Below, piece by piece: positions 1-11,600 of a stretch of 64,000 bases of DNA. Source of the DNA: the human T2T-CHM13v2.0 reference genome, Homo sapiens; assembly GCF_009914755.1 (NCBI RefSeq), contig NC_060945.1. One strand, given 5' to 3'. The stretch's first letter is position 1. The number at the start of each line of letters is the position of its first letter. A program made the position numbers and the translations under genes. The notes beneath the pieces were generated by a model. It made no database searches. It saw only the letters and a list, made by a program, of their open reading frames with translations, and was not told the origin of the DNA.

Positions 1-1528
1 CTCGTTTTTATGGGAAGATACTTACTTTTCCACCGTAGGCATCAAAGCGCTCCAAATGTCCACATCCAGATACTCCAGAACGAGTGTTTCAAACCTGCTC
101 TATGAAAGGGAATCTTCAACTCTATGAGTTGAATGCAGACATCAGAAAGAAATTTCTGAGAATGCTGCTGTCTACCTTTTATTTGAATTCCCGCTTCCAA
201 CGAAATCCTCCAAGCTATCCAAATATCCACCTGCATTTTCCACAACAAGAGTGTTTCAAAACTGCTCTATCAATAGAAATGTTCAACTCCTTTGGCTGGG
301 TACACACATCACAAACAAGTTTCTGAGAATGCTTCTGTCTAGTTTTTATGGGAAGACGTTCCCTTTTTCACCAAAGGCATCCAAGCGCTCCAAATGTCCA
401 CATCCAGATACTCCAGAAAGAGTGTTTCAAACCTGCTCTATGAAAGGGAATCTTCAACTCTATGAGTTGAATGCAGACATCAGAAAGAAATTTCTGAGAA
501 TGCTGCTGTCTACCTTTTATTTGAATTCCCGCTTCCAACGAAATCCTCCAAGCTATCCAAATATCCACTTGCAGATTCCACAAAAAGAGTGTTTCAAAAC
601 TGCTCTCTATCAATGGCAAAGTTCAACTCTGTTAGTTGAGGACACATATCACCAACAAGTTTCTGAGAATGCTTCTGTCTATTTTTTATGGGAAGATATT
701 TCCTTTTTCACCATAGGCGTCAAGGCGATCGAAATGTCCACTTCCACAAACTACAAAAAGAGTGTTTCAAACCTGCTCTATGAAAGGCCATGTTCATCTC
801 TATGAGTTGAATGGAAATATCCGAAAGAAATTTCTGGGAATGCTGCTGTCTAGTGTTTATACGAATTCCCGCTTCCAACGAAATCCTCAAAGCAATCCAA
901 ATATCCACTTGCAGAATCCACAAAAAGAGTGTTTCAAAACTGCTCTATCAATAGAAAGGTTCAACTCTTTTAGTTGAGTACACACATCACGAACAAGTTT
1001 CTGAGAATGCTTCTGTCTGGCTTTTATTGGAAGACGTTTCCTTTTCAACAAAGGCATCAAAGCGCTCCAAATGTCCACTTCCAGATTCTTCCAAAAGAGT
1101 GTTTCAAACGTGCTCAAAGTAAGGGAATGTTCAACTCTGTGACTTGAATGCAGATATCACCAAGTAGTTTCTAATAGTGCTTCTGCCTACATTTTAGATG
1201 ATGATATTCCCTTTTCCAACGAAATCGTTAGAGCTATCCAAATATCCAGTTACAGTTTCTACCAAAAGGGTGTTTCCAAATTGCTGCATCAAAAGAAAGG
1301 TTCAACTCTGTTAGTTGAGGACACACATCACAAAGAAGTTTGTGAGAATGCTTCTGTCTAGATTTTGTATGACGATATTCCCTTTTCCAACGATATCGTT
1401 AAAGCAATCTAAATATCAATTTGCAGAATCCACAAAAATAGAGTTTCAAAGCTGCTCTGTAAAAAGAAAGGTTCCACTCTGTTAGCTGAGTACACACATC
1501 ACAAACTTGTTTCTGAGAATCCTTCTGT
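1..1528 (-). repeat. 9-mer HOR variant (1,528 bp; 342-bp two-monomer deletion)
   Basis: Anchor spacing 42 to 1570 is 1,528 bp. The hybrid monomer reads gacgttccctttttcaccaaaggcatCcaagcgctccaaatgtccacATccagatact at ~355-412. Confidence 0.93.
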
Positions 1529-1716
1529 CTCGTTTTTATGGGAAGATATTTACTTTTCCACCGTAGGCATCAAAGCGCTCCAAATGTCCACATCCAGATA
1601 CTCCAGAACGAGTGTTTCAAACCTGCTCTATGAAAGGGAATCTTCAACTCTATGAGTTGAATGCAGACATCAGAAAGAAATTTCTGAGAATGCTGCTGTC
1701 TACCTTTTATTTGAAT

Positions 1717-1733
1717 TCCCGCTTCCAACGAAA
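1717..1733 (-). other. CENP-B box 1 of the HOR (representative; recurs in every unit)
   Basis: tcccgcttccaacgaaa is the reverse complement of TTTCGTTGGAAGCGGGA and fits NTTCGNNNNANNCGGGN. Confidence 0.95.
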
Positions 1734-2058
1734 TCCTCCAAGCTATCCAAATATCCACCTGCATTTTCCACAAAAAGAGTGTTTCAAAACTGCTCTATCA
1801 ATAGAAATGTTCAACTCCTTTGGCTGGGTACACACATCACAAACAAGTTTCTGAGAATGCTTCTGTCTAGTTTTTATGGGAAGACATTCCCTTTTTCACC
1901 AAAGACATCAAAGCGCTCCAAATGTCCACTTCCAGACACTACAAAAAGAGTGTTTCAAACGTGCTCTAAGAAAGCGAATGTTCAACTCTGTGACTTGAAT
2001 GCAGATATCACAAAGTAGTTTCTGAGAGGGCTTCTGTCTAGATTTTAGATGATGATAT

Positions 2059-2075
2059 TCCCGTTTCCAACGAAA
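2059..2075 (-). other. CENP-B box 2 (representative; deleted in 9-mers and 7-mers)
   Basis: tcccgtttccaacgaaa is the reverse complement of TTTCGTTGGAAACGGGA. Confidence 0.95.
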
Positions 2076-2396
2076 TCATTAGAGCTATCCAAATATCCAC
2101 TTACAGTTTCTACAAAAAGAGTGTTTCCAAACTGCTGCATCAAAAGAGAGGTTCCACTCTGTTAGCTGAGTACACACATCACAAACTTGTTTCTCAGAAT
2201 CCTTCTGTCTCGTTTTTATGGGAAGATATTTACTTTTTCACCGTAGGCATCAAAGCGCTCCAAATGTCCACATCCAGATACTCCAGAAAGAGTGTTTCAA
2301 ACCTGCTCTATGAAAGGGAATCTTCAACTCTATGAGTTGAATGCAGACATCAGAAAGAAATTTCTGAGAATGCTGCTGTCTACCTTTTATTTGAAT

Positions 2397-2413
2397 TCCC
2401 GCTTCCAACGAAA
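2397..2413 (-). other. CENP-B box 3 (representative)
   Basis: tcccgcttccaacgaaa, with all 9 core bases intact. Confidence 0.95.
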
Positions 2414-2569
2414 TCCTCCAAGCTATCCAAATATCCACTTGCAGATTCCACAAAAAGAGTGTTTCAAAACTGCTCTCTATCAATGGCAAAGTTCAACTCT
2501 GTTAGTTGAGGACACATATCACCAACAAGTTTCTGAGAATGCTTCTGTCTATTTTTTATGGGAAGATAT

Positions 2570-2586
2570 TTCCTTTTTCACCGTAG
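2570..2586 (-). other. pJalpha (A-box) motif of A-type monomers (representative)
   Basis: ttcctttttcaccgtag is the reverse complement of CTACGGTGAAAAAGGAA, at the position homologous to the CENP-B box in the alternate monomers. Confidence 0.75.
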
Positions 2587-2736
2587 GCGTCAAGGCGATC
2601 GAAATGTCCACTTCCACAAACTACAAAAAGAGTGTTTCAAACCTGCTCTATGAAAGGCCATGTTCATCTCTATGAGTTGAATGGAAATATCCGAAAGAAA
2701 TTTCTGGGAATGCTGCTGTCTAGTGTTTATACGAAT

Positions 2737-2753
2737 TCCCGCTTCCAACGAAA
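2737..2753 (-). other. CENP-B box 4 (representative intact copy; polymorphic among units)
   Basis: tcccgcttccaacgaaa here; tcccgcttccaacgTaa in other units (e.g. 4607-4623). Confidence 0.93.
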
Positions 2754-3248
2754 TCCTCAAAGCAATCCAAATATCCACTTGCAGAATCCACAAAAAGAGT
2801 GTTTCAAAACTGCTCTATCAATAGAAAGGTTCAACTCTTTTAGTTGAGTACACACATCACGAACAAGTTTCTGAGAATGCTTCTGTCTGGCTTTTATTGG
2901 AAGACGTTTCCTTTTCAACAAAGGCATCAAAGCGCTCCAAATGTCCACTTCCAGATTCTTCCAAAAGAGTGTTTCAAACGTGCTCAAAGTAAGGGAATGT
3001 TCAACTCTGTGACTTGAATGCAGATATCACCAAGTAGTTTCTAATAGTGCTTCTGCCTACATTTTAGATGATGATATTCCCTTTTCCAACGAAATCGTTA
3101 GAGCTATCCAAATATCCAGTTACAGTTTCTACCAAAAGGGTGTTTCCAAATTGCTGCATCAAAAGAAAGGTTCAACTCTGTTAGTTGAGGACACACATCA
3201 CAAAGAAGTTTGTGAGAATGCTTCTGTCTAGATTTTGTATGACGATAT

Positions 3249-3265
3249 TCCCTTTTCCAACGATA
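3249..3265 (-). other. Fixed degenerate CENP-B-like box in the odd 11th monomer
   Basis: tcccTtttccaacgaTa has two core positions altered. It lies 171 bp from box 5 and breaks the A/B alternation. Confidence 0.8.
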
Positions 3266-6200
3266 TCGTTAAAGCAATCTAAATATCAATTTGCAGAATC
3301 CACAAAAATAGAGTTTCAAAGCTGCTCTGTAAAAAGAAAGGTTCCACTCTGTTAGCTGAGTACACACATCACAAACTTGTTTCTGAGAATCCTTCTGTCT
3401 CGTTTTTATGGGAAGATATTTACTTTTCCACCGTAGGCATCAAAGCGCTCCAAATGTCCACATCCAGATACTCCAGAACGAGTGTTTCAAACCTGCTCTA
3501 TGAAAGGGAATCTTCAACTCTATGAGTTGAATGCAGACATCAGAAAGAAATTTCTGAGAATGCTGCTGTCTACCTTTTATTTGAATTCCCGCTTCCAACG
3601 AAATCCTCCAAGCTATCCAAATATCCACCTGCATTTTCCACAAAAAGAGTGTTTCAAAACTGCTCTATCAATAGAAATGTTCAACTCCTTTGGCTGGGTA
3701 CACACATCACAAACAAGTTTCTGAGAATGCTTCTGTCTAGTTTTTATGGGAAGACATTCCCTTTTTCACCAAAGACATCAAAGCGCTCCAAATGTCCACT
3801 TCCAGACACTACAAAAAGAGTGTTTCAAACGTGCTCTAAGAAAGCGAATGTTCAACTCTGTGACTTGAATGCAGATATCACAAAGTAGTTTCTGAGAGGG
3901 CTTCTGTCTAGATTTTAGATGATGATATTCCCGTTTCCAACGAAATCATTAGAGCTATCCAAATATCCACTTACAGTTTCTACAAAAAGAGTGTTTCCAA
4001 ACTGCTGCATCAAAAGAGAGGTTCCACTCTGTTAGCTGAGTACACACATCACAAACTTGTTTCTCAGAATCCTTCTGTCTCGTTTTTATGGGAAGATATT
4101 TACTTTTTCACCGTAGGCATCAAAGCGCTCCAAATGTCCACATCCAGATACTCCAGAAAGAGTGTTTCAAACCTGCTCTATGAAAGGGAATCTTCAACTC
4201 TATGAGTTGAATGCAGACATCAGAAAGAAATTTCTGAGAATGCTGCTGTCTACCTTTTATTTGAATTCCCGCTTCCAACGAAATCCTCCAAGCTATCCAA
4301 ATATCCACTTGCAGATTCCACAAAAAGAGTGTTTCAAAACTGCTCTCTATCAATGGCAAAGTTCAACTCTGTTAGTTGAGGACACATATCACCAACAAGT
4401 TTCTGAGAATGCTTCTGTCTATTTTTTATGGGAAGATATTTCCTTTTTCACCGTAGGCGTCAAGGCGATCGAAATGTCCACTTCCACAAACTACAAAAAG
4501 AGTGTTTCAAACCTGCTCTATGAAAGGCCATGTTCATCTCTATGAGTTGAATGGAAATATCCGAAAGAAATTTCTGGGAATGCTGCTGTCTAGTGTTTAT
4601 ACGAATTCCCGCTTCCAACGTAATCCTCAAAGCAATCCAAATATCCACTTGCAGAATCCACAAAAAGAGTGTTTCAAAACTGCTCTATCAATAGAAAGGT
4701 TCAACTCTTTTAGTTGAGTACACACATCACGAACAAGTTTCTGAGAATGCTTCTGTCTGGCTTTTATTGGAAGACGTTTCCTTTTCACCAAAGGCATCAA
4801 AGCGCTCCAAATGTCCACTTCCAGATTCTTCCAAAAGAGTGTTTCAAACGTGCTCAAAGTAAGGGAATGTTCAACTCTGTGACTTGAATGCAGATATCAC
4901 CAAGTAGTTTCTAATAGTGCTTCTGCCTACATTTTAGATGATGATATTCCCTTTTCCAACGAAATCGTTAGAGCTATCCAAATATCCAGTTACAGTTTCT
5001 ACCAAAAGGGTGTTTCCAAATTGCTGCATCAAAAGAAAGGTTCAACTCTGTTAGTTGAGGACACACATCACAAAGAAGTTTGTGAGAATGCTTCTGTCTA
5101 GATTTTGTATGACGATATTCCCTTTTCCAACGATATCGTTAAAGCAATCTAAATATCAATTTGCAGAATCCACAAAAATAGAGTTTCAAAGCTGCTCTGT
5201 AAAAAGAAAGGTTCCACTCTGTTAGCTGAGTACACACATCACAAACTTGTTTCTGAGAATCCTTCTGTCTCGTTTTTATGGGAAGATATTTACTTTTCCA
5301 CCGTAGGCATCAAAGCGCTCCAAATGTCCACATCCAGATACTCCAGAACGAGTGTTTCAAACCTGCTCTATGAAAGGGAATCTTCAACTCTATGAGTTGA
5401 ATGCAGACATCAGAAAGAAATTTCTGAGAATGCTGCTGTCTACCTTTTATTTGAATTCCCGCTTCCAACGAAATCCTCCAAGCTATCCAAATATCCACCT
5501 GCATTTTCCACAAAAAGAGTGTTTCAAAACTGCTCTATCAATAGAAATGTTCAACTCCTTTGGCTGGGTACACACATCACAAACAAGTTTCTGAGAATGC
5601 TTCTGTCTAGTTTTTATGGGAAGACATTCCCTTTTTCACCAAAGACATCAAAGCGCTCCAAATGTCCACTTCCAGACACTACAAAAAGAGTGTTTCAAAC
5701 GTGCTCTAAGAAAGCGAATGTTCAACTCTGTGACTTGAATGCAGATATCACAAAGTAGTTTCTGAGAGGGCTTCTGTCTAGATTTTAGATGATGATATTC
5801 CCGTTTCCAACGAAATCATTAGAGCTATCCAAATATCCACTTACAGTTTCTACAAAAAGAGTGTTTCCAAACTGCTGCATCAAAAGAGAGGTTCCACTCT
5901 GTTAGCCGAGTACACACATCACAAACTTGTTTCTCAGAATCCTTCTGTCTCGTTTTTATGGGAAGATATTTACTTTTTCACCGTAGGCATCAAAGCGCTC
6001 CAAATGTCCACATCCAGATACTCCAGAAAGAGTGTTTCAAACCTGCTCTATGAAAGGGAATCTTCAACTCTATGAGTTGAATGCAGACATCAGAAAGAAA
6101 TTTCTGAGAATGCTGCTGTCTACCTTTTATTTGAATTCCCGCTTCCAACGAAATCCTCCAAGCTATCCAAATATCCACTTGCAGATTCCACAAAAAGAGT

Positions 6201-6817
6201 GTTTCAAAACTGCTCTCTATCAATGGCAAAGTTCAACTCTGTTAGTTGAGGACACATATCACCAACAAGTTTCTGAGAATGCTTCTGTCTATTTTTTATG
6301 GGAAGATATTTCCTTTTTCACCGTAGGCGTCAAGGCGATCGAAATGTCCACTTCCACAAACTACAAAAAGAGTGTTTCAAACCTGCTCTATGAAAGGCCA
6401 TGTTCATCTCTATGAGTTGAATGGAAATATCCGAAAGAAATTTCTGGGAATGCTGCTGTCTAGTGTTTATACGAATTCCCGCTTCCAACGTAATCCTCAA
6501 AGCAATCCAAATATCCACTTGCAGAATCCACAAAAAGAGTGTTTCAAAACTGCTCTATCAATAGAAAGGTTCAACTCTTTTAGTTGAGTACACACATCAC
6601 GAACAAGTTTCTGAGAATGCTTCTGTCTGGCTTTTATTGGAAGACGTTTCCTTTTCACCAAAGGCATCAAAGCGCTCCAAATGTCCACTTCCAGATTCTT
6701 CCAAAAGAGTGTTTCAAACGTGCTCAAAGTAAGGGAATGTTCAACTCTGTGACTTGAATGCAGATATCACCAAGTAGTTTCTAATAGTGCTTCTGTCTAC
6801 ATTTTAGATGATGATAT

Positions 6818-6834
6818 TCCCGTTTCCAACGAAA
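6818..6834 (-). other. CENP-B box 5 (representative intact copy; polymorphic among units)
   Basis: tcccgtttccaacgaaa here; tcccTtttccaacgaaa in other units (e.g. 3078-3094). Confidence 0.93.
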
Positions 6835-7138
6835 TCGCTAGAGCTATCCAAATATCCAGTTACAGTTTCTACCAAAAGGGTGTTTCCAAATTGCTGCATC
6901 AAAAGAAAGGTTCAACTCTGTTAGTTGAGGACACACATCACAAAGAAGTTTGTGAGAATGCTTCTGTCTAGATTTTGTATGACGATATTCCCTTTTCCAA
7001 CGATATCGTTAAAGCAATCTAAATATCAATTTGCAGAATCCACAAAAATAGAGTTTCAAAGCTGCTCTGTAAAAAGAAAGGTTCCACTCTGTTAGCTGAG
7101 TACACACATCACAAACTTGTTTCTCAGAATCCTTCTGT

Positions 7139-8666
7139 CTCGTTTTTATGGGAAGATACTTACTTTTCCACCGTAGGCATCAAAGCGCTCCAAATGTCCA
7201 CATCCAGATACTCCAGAACGAGTGTTTCAAACCTGCTCTATGAAAGGGAATCTTCAACTCTATGAGTTGAATGCAGACATCAGAAAGAAATTTCTGAGAA
7301 TGCTGCTGTCTACCTTTTATTTGAATTCCCGCTTCCAACGAAATCCTCCAAGCTATCCAAATATCCACCTGCATTTTCCACAACAAGAGTGTTTCAAAAC
7401 TGCTCTATCAATAGAAATGTTCAACTCCTTTGGCTGGGTACACACATCACAAACAAGTTTCTGAGAATGCTTCTGTCTAGTTTTTATGGGAAGACGTTCC
7501 CTTTTTCACCAAAGGCATCCAAGCGCTCCAAATGTCCACATCCAGATACTCCAGAAAGAGTGTTTCAAACCTGCTCTATGAAAGGGAATCTTCAACTCTA
7601 TGAGTTGAATGCAGACATCAGAAAGAAATTTCTGAGAATGCTGCTGTCTACCTTTTATTTGAATTCCCGCTTCCAACGAAATCCTCCAAGCTATCCAAAT
7701 ATCCACTTGCAGATTCCACAAAAAGAGTGTTTCAAAACTGCTCTCTATCAATGGCAAAGTTCAACTCTGTTAGTTGAGGACACATATCACCAACAAGTTT
7801 CTGAGAATGCTTCTGTCTATTTTTTATGGGAAGATATTTCCTTTTTCACCATAGGCGTCAAGGCGATCGAAATGTCCACTTCCACAAACTACAAAAAGAG
7901 TGTTTCAAACCTGCTCTATGAAAGGCCATGTTCATCTCTATGAGTTGAATGGAAATATCCGAAAGAAATTTCTGGGAATGCTGCTGTCTAGTGTTTATAC
8001 GAATTCCCGCTTCCAACGAAATCCTCAAAGCAATCCAAATATCCACTTGCAGAATCCACAAAAAGAGTGTTTCAAAACTGCTCTATCAATAGAAAGGTTC
8101 AACTCTTTTAGTTGAGTACACACATCACGAACAAGTTTCTGAGAATGCTTCTGTCTGGCTTTTATTGGAAGACGTTTCCTTTTCAACAAAGGCATCAAAG
8201 CGCTCCAAATGTCCACTTCCAGATTCTTCCAAAAGAGTGTTTCAAACGTGCTCAAAGTAAGGGAATGTTCAACTCTGTGACTTGAATGCAGATATCACCA
8301 AGTAGTTTCTAATAGTGCTTCTGCCTACATTTTAGATGATGATATTCCCTTTTCCAACGAAATCGTTAGAGCTATCCAAATATCCAGTTACAGTTTCTAC
8401 CAAAAGGGTGTTTCCAAATTGCTGCATCAAAAGAAAGGTTCAACTCTGTTAGTTGAGGACACACATCACAAAGAAGTTTGTGAGAATGCTTCTGTCTAGA
8501 TTTTGTATGACGATATTCCCTTTTCCAACGATATCGTTAAAGCAATCTAAATATCAATTTGCAGAATCCACAAAAATAGAGTTTCAAAGCTGCTCTGTAA
8601 AAAGAAAGGTTCCACTCTGTTAGCTGAGTACACACATCACAAACTTGTTTCTGAGAATCCTTCTGT
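7139..8666 (-). repeat. 9-mer HOR variant
   Basis: 1,528-bp spacing; same junction, ggcatccaagcgc, at ~7514-7526. Confidence 0.93.
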
Positions 8667-11600
8667 CTCGTTTTTATGGGAAGATATTTACTTTTCCACC
8701 GTAGGCATCAAAGCGCTCCAAATGTCCACATCCAGATACTCCAGAACGAGTGTTTCAAACCTGCTCTATGAAAGGGAATCTTCAACTCTATGAGTTGAAT
8801 GCAGACATCAGAAAGAAATTTCTGAGAATGCTGCTGTCTACCTTTTATTTGAATTCCCGCTTCCAACGAAATCCTCCAAGCTATCCAAATATCCACCTGC
8901 ATTTTCCACAAAAAGAGTGTTTCAAAACTGCTCTATCAATAGAAATGTTCAACTCCTTTGGCTGGGTACACACATCACAAACAAGTTTCTGAGAATGCTT
9001 CTGTCTAGTTTTTATGGGAAGACATTCCCTTTTTCACCAAAGACATCAAAGCGCTCCAAATGTCCACTTCCAGACACTACAAAAAGAGTGTTTCAAACGT
9101 GCTCTAAGAAAGCGAATGTTCAACTCTGTGACTTGAATGCAGATATCACAAAGTAGTTTCTGAGAGGGCTTCTGTCTAGATTTTAGATGATGATATTCCC
9201 GTTTCCAACGAAATCATTAGAGCTATCCAAATATCCACTTACAGTTTCTACAAAAAGAGTGTTTCCAAACTGCTGCATCAAAAGAGAGGTTCCACTCTGT
9301 TAGCTGAGTACACACATCACAAACTTGTTTCTCAGAATCCTTCTGTCTCGTTTTTATGGGAAGATATTTACTTTTTCACCGTAGGCATCAAAGCGCTCCA
9401 AATGTCCACATCCAGATACTCCAGAAAGAGTGTTTCAAACCTGCTCTATGAAAGGGAATCTTCAACTCTATGAGTTGAATGCAGACATCAGAAAGAAATT
9501 TCTGAGAATGCTGCTGTCTACCTTTTATTTGAATTCCCGCTTCCAACGAAATCCTCCAAGCTATCCAAATATCCACTTGCAGATTCCACAAAAAGAGTGT
9601 TTCAAAACTGCTCTCTATCAATGGCAAAGTTCAACTCTGTTAGTTGAGGACACATATCACCAACAAGTTTCTGAGAATGCTTCTGTCTATTTTTTATGGG
9701 AAGATATTTCCTTTTTCACCGTAGGCGTCAAGGCGATCGAAATGTCCACTTCCACAAACTACAAAAAGAGTGTTTCAAACCTGCTCTATGAAAGGCCATG
9801 TTCATCTCTATGAGTTGAATGGAAATATCCGAAAGAAATTTCTGGGAATGCTGCTGTCTAGTGTTTATACGAATTCCCGCTTCCAACGTAATCCTCAAAG
9901 CAATCCAAATATCCACTTGCAGAATCCACAAAAAGAGTGTTTCAAAACTGCTCTATCAATAGAAAGGTTCAACTCTTTTAGTTGAGTACACACATCACGA
10001 ACAAGTTTCTGAGAATGCTTCTGTCTGGCTTTTATTGGAAGACGTTTCCTTTTCACCAAAGGCATCAAAGCGCTCCAAATGTCCACTTCCAGATTCTTCC
10101 AAAAGAGTGTTTCAAACGTGCTCAAAGTAAGGGAATGTTCAACTCTGTGACTTGAATGCAGATATCACCAAGTAGTTTCTAATAGTGCTTCTGTCTACAT
10201 TTTAGATGATGATATTCCCGTTTCCAACGAAATCGCTAGAGCTATCCAAATATCCAGTTACAGTTTCTACCAAAAGGGTGTTTCCAAATTGCTGCATCAA
10301 AAGAAAGGTTCAACTCTGTTAGTTGAGGACACACATCACAAAGAAGTTTGTGAGAATGCTTCTGTCTAGGTTTTGTATGACGATATTCCCTTTTCCAACG
10401 ATATCGTTAAAGCAATCTAAATATCAATTTGCAGAATCCACAAAAATAGAGTTTCAAAGCTGCTCTGTAAAAAGAAAGGTTCCACTCTGTTAGCTGAGTA
10501 CACACATCACAAACTTGTTTCTCAGAATCCTTCTGTCTCGTTTTTATGGGAAGATACTTACTTTTCCACCGTAGGCATCAAAGCGCTCCAAATGTCCACA
10601 TCCAGATACTCCAGAACGAGTGTTTCAAACCTGCTCTATGAAAGGGAATCTTCAACTCTATGAGTTGAATGCAGACATCAGAAAGAAATTTCTGAGAATG
10701 CTGCTGTCTACCTTTTATTTGAATTCCCGCTTCCAACGAAATCCTCCAAGCTATCCAAATATCCACCTGCATTTTCCACAACAAGAGTGTTTCAAAACTG
10801 CTCTATCAATAGAAATGTTCAACTCCTTTGGCTGGGTACACACATCACAAACAAGTTTCTGAGAATGCTTCTGTCTAGTTTTTATGGGAAGACGTTCCCT
10901 TTTTCACCAAAGGCATCAAAGCGCTCCAAATGTCCACTTCCAGACACTACAAAAAGAGTGTTTCAAACGTGCTCTAAGAAAGCGAATGTTCAACTCTGTG
11001 ACTTGAATGCACATATCACAAAGTAGTTTCTGAGAGGGCTTCTGTCTAGATTTTAGATGATGATATTCCCGTTTCCAACAAAATCATTAGAGCTTCCAAA
11101 TATCCACTTACAGTTTCTACAAAAAGAGTGTTTCCAAACTGCTGCATCAAAAGAGAGGTTCCACTCTGTTAGCTGAGTACACACATCACAAACTTGTTTC
11201 TCAGAATCCTTCTGTCTCGTTTTTATGGGAAGATTATACTTTTTCACCGTAGGCATCAAAGCGCTCCAAATGTCCACATCCAGATACTCCAGAAAGAGTG
11301 TTTCAAACCTGCCCTATGAAAGGGAATCTTCAACTCTATGAGTTGAATGCAGACATCAGAAAGAAATTTCTGAGAATGCTGCTGTCTACCTTTTATTTGA
11401 ATTCCCGCTTCCAACGAAATCCTCCAAGCTATCCAAATATCCACTTGCAGATTCCACAAAAAGAGTGTTTCAAAACTGCTCTCTATCAATGGCAAAGTTC
11501 AACTCTGTTAGTTGAGGACACATATCACCAACAAGTTTCTGAGAATGCTTCTGTCTATTTTTTATGGGAAGATATTTCCTTTTTCACCGTAGGCGTCAAG

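Larger units (their letters stand above)
1529..3398 (-). repeat. Representative 11-mer HOR unit (1,870 bp). Other 11-mers start at 3399, 5269, 8667, 10537 (1,868 bp), 12405, 15803, 19201, 21071, 24469, 27867, 33475 (1,869 bp), 37043, 38913, 40783, 42653, 44523, 47583, 49453, 51323, 53193, 55063, 58123, 59993 and 61863
   Basis: Unit starts are phased on ctcgtttttatgggaaga...ccaccgtaggc, taken from the spacing of the recurring ORF anchors (anchor minus 41). Confidence 0.95.

Noticed and set aside
251-805. Longest ORF (184 aa), found only in 9-mers
   Set aside because: It arises because the 342-bp deletion is a multiple of 3 and removes a stop codon. There is no evidence of coding function.
1529-3398. 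Assignment to another 11-mer array such as D8Z2 or D1Z5
   Set aside because: The unit size is similar, but the 680/340/850 EcoRI pattern and monomer sequence fit the chr13/21 alphoid as I recall it. An alignment to the T2T reference would settle this.
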